Origin: Candidatus Nanopusillus sp.
Lineage (GTDB): Archaea > Nanobdellota > Nanobdellia > Nanobdellales > Nanobdellaceae
DNA length: 9,793 nucleotides
Assembly (NCBI GenBank): GCA_028276785.1
Contig: JAPYVP010000021.1
Coordinates: 1-9,793, forward strand
Direction: 5' to 3'
Below, in pieces: positions 1 to 5,579 of this stretch; the stretch's first letter is position 1, and every line of letters begins with the position of its first letter. A program made the position numbers and the translations under genes. Below the pieces are notes generated by a model, which was not told the DNA's origin, searched no databases, and saw nothing but the letters and a program-made list of their open reading frames with translations.

Positions 1-1
1 T

Positions 2-646
2 ACTATTAATTAAATTAAATAATGTTATATTATTTACATAAGCAAAATTAGGACCAATATTTATTGTTCCGTTACATATTGCTATTTGTTGTTGGAATGG
101 AGATGGGGTGGGAATGCTTTGAGTATTGTATAATGTTAAAGTTAAATATGGGAATTGACAAGTAAAATCTAATATGTTAAAGACAATTGGCGGTTGAAAA
201 TAATTAATTAAAGAATTTGAAATATATTCTATAGTAAATAATCCAATTATATCATTTTCCAACCCAACTTCTAATCTATAATTTCCATTTTGATTTGGGG
301 GGATTTGAGATAAATTTGCAACAATGATTAATAAACCATTATTATATGGATTTACAATAGATCCATTCGAATTATAAGGATAAACTTTTACTAATCTGCC
401 ATTTAAAATTGCAAATACTTGAGAATAATTAACAGGTTCTGAAGGTTTTACATATGCATATAAAGTATTATTTACTATAAAATAATCTAATAATTGGAAA
501 TTTAACTTTATGGATTTTGAAATTTCCTGTCCAGTTGGATTTATGATATTTAAATTGGGAGAAATTATATTATATATTATTATTGTAACAAAAGCACCAG
601 TCAACAATAATAGTAATGCTGTAACTATCTCTGATTGTAATCTCAT
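2..646 (-). CDS. Partial (3' end cut by window edge) membrane-anchored FlaF/FlaG-like or pilin-like surface protein
   Basis: Absent from the ORF track because it runs off the left edge. I hand-checked the frame (codons 646-644 down to 4-2): ATG at 646-644 and no stop in 215 codons. N-terminus MRLQSEIVTALLLLLTGAFVTIIIYN is a short polar head followed by a ~20-aa hydrophobic helix. The rest is N/S/T/Y-rich beta-type sequence (..VFAILNGRLVKV.., ..LLIIVANL..) with several N-x-S/T sequons. It starts 10 nt after the upstream gene's stop, on the same strand. Confidence 0.6.
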   Translation of the reverse strand, partial: MRLQSEIVTALLLLLTGAFVTIIIYNIISPNLNIINPTGQEISKSIKLNFQLLDYFIVNNTLYAYVKPSEPVNYSQVFAILNGRLVKVYPYNSNGSIVNPYNNGLLIIVANLSQIPPNQNGNYRLEVGLENDIIGLFTIEYISNSLINYFQPPIVFNILDFTCQFPYLTLTLYNTQSIPTPSPFQQQIAICNGTINIGPNFAYVNNITLFNLINS

Positions 647-656
647 ATTATATTAA

Positions 657-1103
657 TCATCCAGCATATATTAAAGTTTGAAACTTAACCCCATAACAAG
701 ATACCAGTACTATATAATTCCATGAATTGTTTACTAAATAACTATTATTAAAATATATTGTTGCATTTTCACCTGGCAAAAACAGATTTGATGGATATAA
801 ATAATTTATAGAATAATTAAAAGGAGAAAAATAACCATTAATGTATAATTGAAAACATGATAAATCTAATGCTTTATTTCCGTTATTATAAATAATTAAA
901 TATGGACTTGAATAGTTTGTTTGATTATTTAAAAATTTTATATTTTCCCCCACAATATTTCTTACCTGGTTAGCTACCGAATTTGCTGTATAATAAAAAT
1001 TCTTATAATAATTATCTAAAATTAAATATAAAACAGTTGAAGAAATAATAAAAATGACAAATCCAATAATTGCTCCAACAATTGATCCCAAATCAGATTT
1101 CAT
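657..1103 (-). CDS. Small membrane-anchored FlaF/FlaG-family-like (archaellum/pilus accessory-like) protein
   Basis: The track ORF 657..1115 begins at a GTG. The in-frame ATG at 1103-1101 gives MKSDLGSIVGAIIGFVIFIISS, which matches the N-terminal layout of the upstream paralog (MKNQFGTILVEIILFIVAG) and forms an ATGA stop/start overlap with it. One N-terminal TM helix is followed by a predicted beta-rich domain with the pattern LIIYNNGNKALDLSCFQLYINGYF...LPGENATIYF. This resembles the v.N.G..l.....l..nG...pGe..i signature I recall for archaeal FlaF/FlaG proteins. Many N-x-S/T sequons. Confidence 0.6.
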   Translation of the reverse strand: MKSDLGSIVGAIIGFVIFIISSTVLYLILDNYYKNFYYTANSVANQVRNIVGENIKFLNNQTNYSSPYLIIYNNGNKALDLSCFQLYINGYFSPFNYSINYLYPSNLFLPGENATIYFNNSYLVNNSWNYIVLVSCYGVKFQTLIYAG

Positions 1104-1579
1104 ACTACCGTACACGTACTTGCGGTTCTATTAACATATACCAAATTCTGTGTATATGCTCCCGTAGATGCCACAATCCTTACTTGATAAAAGTTTGTTG
1201 TTACAGAAATATTTGCAACAATTACAATTGTGTCATATGGACCCCACGCAGAGGTACCAGTATAGCTGTTTGTAATATAAATTCTTGTATTATTTACTAG
1301 TACTCCGTTAACAAATAATAATGTTAAATTTTGATTTAGTACTATACCCCCCCTGTTTGTTACATAGAAATATAATAAATTTGTTGTATTGTTATATGCA
1401 CAAGAATCTAATGTAATATAAGTATTTAATTGATTTTGTAATGATTGAGAGTTTGCAATCGCGGCATTACTTATTCCATTTAAATTATTATATGCAGTAG
1501 AAACGAATATATAAGCAGCAATACCAGCAACTATAAATAATATGATTTCTACAAGAATAGTTCCAAATTGGTTTTTCAT
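1100..1579 (-). CDS. Small membrane-anchored FlaG/FlaF-family-like (archaellum/pilus accessory-like) protein
   Basis: 159-aa ORF. N-terminus MKNQFGTILVEIILFIVAGIAAYIFV has a short polar head, a Gly, then a hydrophobic helix with Glu five residues after the Gly. It is followed by YFYVTNRGGIVLNQNLTLLFVNGVLV...WGPYDTIVIV, a FlaF/FlaG-like beta-sandwich pattern. Its size (~150-160 aa) is typical of FlaF/FlaG. Assignment rests on remembered family motifs, not a search. Confidence 0.6.
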   Translation of the reverse strand: MKNQFGTILVEIILFIVAGIAAYIFVSTAYNNLNGISNAAIANSQSLQNQLNTYITLDSCAYNNTTNLLYFYVTNRGGIVLNQNLTLLFVNGVLVNNTRIYITNSYTGTSAWGPYDTIVIVANISVTTNFYQVRIVASTGAYTQNLVYVNRTASTCTVV

Positions 1580-1610
1580 TAAAAATTATGATCTATTAAA
1601 AAATATAAAT

Positions 1611-2426
1611 CTATTCTATTAATTCATATCCATCAATACCCCTTTCATTCATAATTTTTTTCCATTCTAACATTTTTTCTTGTCTTTTTACTTCAAGTTC
1701 ACAAACTTTGTCCATTATTTTTAAATTCTGTACACCCTTTATTTCAACTTTTTCTCCCCCCTCTATTGATATATTTACATCCTGTCTAATAGTTCCCAAC
1801 CCTCTTTTTACTTTTCCAGTTAATCTTAATATTAATCCAATATATTCAGCTACTTCCTTTACTTCTTTCGGATCTCTTAAATCTGGACCCGTAGATATTT
1901 CTATTAATGGTATTCCCAATCTATCCAATCTATAAATTATATAATCTTCTCCTTCTTCAATTTTTCTTGCAGCATCTTCTTCAATACAGATTGTTGCAAT
2001 ATTTATCTTTTTATCTTTATATTTTAATTCTCCATTTAATGACAATAGCAATGTTCTTTGAAAACCAGATGTATTTGATCCGTCTACAACAATTTTTCTC
2101 ATAACCTGTAAAACTTTTGGGATATACATATTAAAGAAAGTTGAAATTAATATGCCAAATTTTAATGCTTCAATATTTATTAAATGTGGAGGCTCTTCAT
2201 CTAGTTCAACTAAACAAGAATAATCTTTAGAATATTCATAAATATATTTTTTATCTTTCAAAGTTTCATATTCTGCTGCAATATCTTTTTTTCCGATTTC
2301 GCTTAATGTTACTCTTAATTTTCTTTCAATTCTATAATCATATTTATCACTTAAATTTGTAGGACAATTACAAAATAGCTTTTCTTTTGTATCAATTTGT
2401 TGATGAATCTCTAATCCAGCAATCAT
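1611..2426 (-). CDS. gatE: Glu-tRNA(Gln) amidotransferase subunit E, N-terminal fragment only (split gene or truncation)
   Basis: MIAGLEIHQQIDTKEKLFCNCPT, LVELDEEPPH, VVDGSNTSGFQRT, CIEEDAARK, YRLDRLGIPLIEIST, KRGLGTIRQDVNISI and VEIKGVQNL are the hallmark GatE N-terminal (cradle) motifs. The ORF stops after ~271 aa, whereas GatE is ~600+ aa. I place the start at the ATG at 2426-2424 (MIAGLEIH). The track's extra 19 aa (to 2483) are hydrophobic translation of AT-rich intergenic DNA and overlap the divergent gene. Confidence 0.8.
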   Translation of the reverse strand: MIAGLEIHQQIDTKEKLFCNCPTNLSDKYDYRIERKLRVTLSEIGKKDIAAEYETLKDKKYIYEYSKDYSCLVELDEEPPHLINIEALKFGILISTFFNMYIPKVLQVMRKIVVDGSNTSGFQRTLLLSLNGELKYKDKKINIATICIEEDAARKIEEGEDYIIYRLDRLGIPLIEISTGPDLRDPKEVKEVAEYIGLILRLTGKVKRGLGTIRQDVNISIEGGEKVEIKGVQNLKIMDKVCELEVKRQEKMLEWKKIMNERGIDGYELIE

Positions 2427-2448
2427 AACAATAAAAATATTAAAAAAA

Positions 2449-2456
2449 TTAATAAA
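2449..2456. promoter_or_regulatory. TATA-like element (TTAATAAA) centred in the 51-bp divergent gatE/MEMO intergenic region
   Basis: Its centre (~2452) lies 26 bp from the gatE ATG (2426, minus strand) and 26 bp from the MEMO ATG (2478, plus strand). Neither gene has a Shine-Dalgarno sequence, which is consistent with leaderless transcripts. The AT-rich background makes a chance match easy. Confidence 0.3.
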
Positions 2457-2477
2457 CCATAATTTCAAAATAAAATT

Positions 2478-3344
2478 ATGCAATTTATGAAAGCAAAAGG
2501 ATTCTATTCATTTGATTCTTCAGATTTACTTTCTCAAATCGAACAATACTTTATGGATAAAAGATACGGGCTTGGGTATATTCCGAAAAATATAAAAAAG
2601 GAAAAAGACATAATTTCTGGAATTGTTCCACATGCAAGTTATGAATATCTTTTACCAGTTTCTGTAAAATTATATAAAGAATTATATGAAAATTTTGATT
2701 TTGATACAATAATAATTGTTGGTCCAAATCATCATAACATTGGTCAGAAGATAAATTTAATAATTGATGATTGGTATACACCATTTGGTGTAATTAGAAC
2801 AGACGTGGAATTTGCTAGAAAAATATTAAACAATTATGACGCATATGAAAATCCCATGTTATCTAGATATGAATATTCAATTGAAATACAACTACCTATA
2901 ATTAGATATTTATTTAAAGATAAAGTAAAAATCGTTCCAATAATTGTAAAAGATGTGGGATTAGAGATGATAAAAGATTTTGTTAAATTATTAAAGGAAC
3001 TATCGAAAGAATTAAGTAGAAGAATAATATTAATATCTACTGGTAATCTATATCACCATGGAGAATTTTATGGAAATATCATATATAAAGATAATATATC
3101 TGAAAATGTAAAAAAAGAATCTGAAAAAATCATAGAATATATATTAAATTTAGATTCTGAAAGATTATATAAATTGGAAATAGATAGTAAAATATTTTGT
3201 GGAAAATATCCTTTTTTATTTTTCATAGAATATACAAAATTATATAAGGGGAAAATAGAACTAATAAATCATATTTTATCTTCTGAGATAAATAAAGACG
3301 AAAAGAACATAGTTAGTTACGCATCTCTATTATCTTATAAATAG
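2478..3344 (+). CDS. MEMO1 / AmmeMemoRadiSam system protein B family protein (UPF0103)
   Basis: Family motifs appear in the expected order: KGFYSF (AGsFYP), IVPHASYEY (PHAGYxYSG), IIVGPNHHNIG (GPNH), WYTPFG (TPlG), YEYSIEIQLPIIRY (EHSIEvQLPF), KIVPIIV, STGNLYHHGEFYG (SsDlsHyG), FCG, IVSYASL (iVGYASi). Confidence 0.75.
   Translation: MQFMKAKGFYSFDSSDLLSQIEQYFMDKRYGLGYIPKNIKKEKDIISGIVPHASYEYLLPVSVKLYKELYENFDFDTIIIVGPNHHNIGQKINLIIDDWYTPFGVIRTDVEFARKILNNYDAYENPMLSRYEYSIEIQLPIIRYLFKDKVKIVPIIVKDVGLEMIKDFVKLLKELSKELSRRIILISTGNLYHHGEFYGNIIYKDNISENVKKESEKIIEYILNLDSERLYKLEIDSKIFCGKYPFLFFIEYTKLYKGKIELINHILSSEINKDEKNIVSYASLLSYK
3335..3343 (+). promoter_or_regulatory. TATA-box-like element (TTATAAATA) for a leaderless hsp20 transcript
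   Basis: Centred ~25 bp upstream of the hsp20 ATG (3364). It overlaps the MEMO stop codon. No Shine-Dalgarno sequence in 3345-3363. Confidence 0.35.
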
Positions 3345-3363
3345 TTAAAGAAATAATAATATT

Positions 3364-3801
3364 ATGAATGACTTTGATGACATATATAAGGAAATTAGGA
3401 GAGAATTTGCTAGACAGATGAAATTATGGAAAAAAATAATCAGTAGAGTAAATAAAAAATTTGGATTTGATTTTGAATACGAAGAACCAGCAGTAGATTT
3501 AGTAGATAAAGGTGATAAATATTTAATAGAAATTGATCTACCAGGGGTTGATAAAAAAGATATAGATATTACTTTAGTAGACCATCATCTAAAGATTGTA
3601 GCATTAAGAAAGATTGAAAAAGAAGAAAGAGGTGAGAATTATATAGTATCCGAGAGAGCCTTTTCAGGATATAAAAGAATAATTCCATTACCAGAAGATG
3701 CTGATGAAAATTCTATAAAGGCAAAATATGAAAATGGGGTATTAAGGATTGAAATAAGAAAAAAGCCAGGCTATGAAGGAAAGAAAATTAATTTAGAATA
3801 A
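3364..3801 (+). CDS. hsp20: Small heat-shock protein, Hsp20/alpha-crystallin family
   Basis: 145 aa containing an alpha-crystallin domain: PAVDLVDKGDKYLIEIDLPGVDKKDIDITLVDHHLKIVA ... ERAFSGYKRIIPLPEDADENSIKAKYENGVLRIEIRKK. Confidence 0.9.
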   Translation: MNDFDDIYKEIRREFARQMKLWKKIISRVNKKFGFDFEYEEPAVDLVDKGDKYLIEIDLPGVDKKDIDITLVDHHLKIVALRKIEKEERGENYIVSERAFSGYKRIIPLPEDADENSIKAKYENGVLRIEIRKKPGYEGKKINLE

Positions 3802-3815
3802 TTTTTTAATTTTTT
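3802..3815 (+). terminator. Oligo-T tracts immediately after the hsp20 stop (possible archaeal terminator, overlapping the nog1 promoter region)
   Basis: TTTTTT at 3802-3807 and TTTTT at 3811-3815 directly follow the TAA at 3799-3801. Archaeal RNA polymerase terminates at oligo-T runs. The AT-rich background lowers specificity. Confidence 0.3.
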
Positions 3816-3830
3816 ATAAAATAAATTTTT

Positions 3831-4784
3831 ATGAAATATAAATTTGTGGAAGAATTATTATTATCTGCATTTAGAAGGGCAAAGAATAGTGGTAATAAAT
3901 TTTATGATATAAAGGAAAGAAATATTGTAAAATTACAAACGATATACCAATACATAGATGATAAATTAGAAAAAATGTATAATGATATAATTCTACCAGA
4001 AAATAAATTCTACAAAGAATTATACAGTCTATTATTCACTGATATAGATATAAAGAAATTAAAAGAAAGGATAAAATATATAAGAAAAATAATAAAGCAG
4101 GTTTATTTAAAGTATAAAAACGATATAAAGTTAACAAAGGATAAAAAAATAATAGAAAAATATAGAAGAGAATTTTATGGAAGGATATCTAGTATATTAA
4201 GAAGAAATTGGATTGTATTTAAATATTATAACATTTATCTAAATAGAAGAAGAAAAATACCAAATATTAAAAATTTACCTACAGTTGTTATTTCTGGTTT
4301 ACCTAATGTTGGAAAAAGCACATTATTAAAAAATTTAACAGGATCAAATGTTAAGATTGAACCATACCCATTTACAACAAAAGATTTAATGATAGGATAT
4401 ATTAAAACCCCATATTTTGATATACAAGTAATTGATACTCCAGGAATTTTAGATAGACCTATAGAGGAAATGAACGAAATTGAAAGAAAATCTATATTAG
4501 CACTAAATTATCTTGCAAATTTGATTATATATATTTTTGATTTAACCGAAACTTGCGGATATAGTATTGAAGAGCAAAAAAATTTATTAAATATGATAAA
4601 AAAGATTTTTGATAAAGAAATAATATTGTATTTCTCAAAAAAAGATTTGTTTACTGAGAGAGAAGAAAGAATTCTTAATGAATTTATTAATAATTATAAT
4701 AATATGACTATTTTTTATGATTATAATAAACTAAAAGAATTTTTAATATCTTATATAAAAAATAAAAAAGAATGGTATATATAA
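3831..4784 (+). CDS. NOG1-family GTP-binding protein (archaeal Nog1 homologue)
   Basis: Helical N-terminal region (..LLSAFRRAKN..) is followed by a GTPase core. G1 is GLPNVGKST, G2 is YPFTT, G3 is DTPG, and the G4 position reads SKKD instead of NKxD. Length of 317 aa is typical of archaeal Nog1-like proteins. Confidence 0.8.
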   Translation: MKYKFVEELLLSAFRRAKNSGNKFYDIKERNIVKLQTIYQYIDDKLEKMYNDIILPENKFYKELYSLLFTDIDIKKLKERIKYIRKIIKQVYLKYKNDIKLTKDKKIIEKYRREFYGRISSILRRNWIVFKYYNIYLNRRRKIPNIKNLPTVVISGLPNVGKSTLLKNLTGSNVKIEPYPFTTKDLMIGYIKTPYFDIQVIDTPGILDRPIEEMNEIERKSILALNYLANLIIYIFDLTETCGYSIEEQKNLLNMIKKIFDKEIILYFSKKDLFTEREERILNEFINNYNNMTIFYDYNKLKEFLISYIKNKKEWYI

Positions 4785-4791
4785 ATATATT

Positions 4792-5415
4792 ATGAAGTTA
4801 ATAGTATCATCTGACATACATAATGATTTCGGAATGATATATAAAATAATAGAATTATATAAAAAAGAAAAACCAGATTATGTAGTAATTTTAGGTGATA
4901 TATCAGAGCTAGGAGAAATAGAAAGGGGACTAATAAAAAAATTAACAGAACATATAGATCCAAATAAAATTTTGATAATACCCGGAAATCATGAAACGCC
5001 GGAAGATATAAAATTATTAGAAAAAATATACAAAATAAGAAATTTAGATAAAAATTATATAATAAAGGATAATTTTGTATTGGTTGGATTTGGAGGTGCA
5101 GATTTATTATTGAATGTAATTGATGAAAAAGATTTTGAAAGTTTCTTAAATGGATTGAAGAAAAAATTTAACAACAAATATATTGTTTTATTAACACATA
5201 TTCCACCAAGAAATTCTATGTCAGCTTTAAATATTTCTGGTAGTTATGTATTGAGAAAGTTTATTGAAAATAACGACAGAGTTATTTTAAATATACATGG
5301 ACATATACATGAAGCAGGAGGTTTAGAGGATATAATAAATAAAGCGAAGGTTCTGAATGTTGCTAGAGAGGTAAAATTGGTTGAAATATATGATAAGAAG
5401 GCAAAAATAAAGTAA
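4792..5415 (+). CDS. Calcineurin-like metallophosphoesterase
   Basis: All metallophosphoesterase motifs are present in order: SSDIHN (DxH), ILGDI (GD), IPGNHE (GNHE), LLTHIPP (H), IHGHIHEAGG (GHxH). It starts 7 nt after the nog1 stop, so co-transcription is likely. Confidence 0.85.
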   Translation: MKLIVSSDIHNDFGMIYKIIELYKKEKPDYVVILGDISELGEIERGLIKKLTEHIDPNKILIIPGNHETPEDIKLLEKIYKIRNLDKNYIIKDNFVLVGFGGADLLLNVIDEKDFESFLNGLKKKFNNKYIVLLTHIPPRNSMSALNISGSYVLRKFIENNDRVILNIHGHIHEAGGLEDIINKAKVLNVAREVKLVEIYDKKAKIK

Positions 5416-5579
5416 AAACAAAGAATTAATTAGTAAGAATAGAAAATTAAAAGAAAAGGCACTGGACTGGATATTTATAAAAAATATTTATTGATTATCA
5501 ATGAAATAAACATTTATAATTGTATTTTTAAACATCATAGATAAAGAATTTTTTTAAAAATTTTTTATAAAAAATTCAA

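Noticed and set aside
1070-1300. 76-aa plus-strand ORF, strikingly Cys-rich (CGS..CICSRRCH..CCYRNICNNYNC)
   Set aside because: It lies entirely antisense to two motif-supported minus-strand genes and spans their junction. It has no homology features of its own, and its Cys/Tyr/Ile richness is the expected mirror of the sense-strand codons.
1708-2104. Two plus-strand ORFs (1708-1935, 1907-2104) of 75 and 65 aa
   Set aside because: Both are antisense to the strongly conserved gatE coding frame. They are low-complexity F/L/S/I-rich translations with no start context.
2427-2483. 19-aa N-terminal extension of the gatE ORF (MHNFILKLWFINFFNIFIV)
   Set aside because: It is a hydrophobic translation of AT-rich intergenic DNA with no counterpart in GatE, whose conserved core starts right at GLEIHQQ. 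It would overlap the divergent MEMO gene start and remove all promoter space. The ATG at 2426 is preferred, though I cannot exclude the longer form.
2551-2784. 77-aa minus-strand ORF inside the MEMO gene
   Set aside because: It is antisense to a gene with ordered family motifs, and its sequence is low-complexity with no recognisable features.
5458-5470. GGCACTGGACTGG, the only GC-rich patch upstream of the B12-dependent RNR, loosely reminiscent of a cobalamin-riboswitch B12 box and containing a tandem ACTGG repeat
   Set aside because: It does not match the B12-box core. The surrounding 164 nt lack the GC-paired helices a cobalamin riboswitch needs. To my knowledge such riboswitches are not established in archaea.
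5531-5541. ATGATG on the minus strand, resembling a C box (RUGAUGA) of a C/D box sRNA
   Set aside because: There is no CUGA D box or C'/D' pair at the appropriate spacing on that strand, and no terminal stem.
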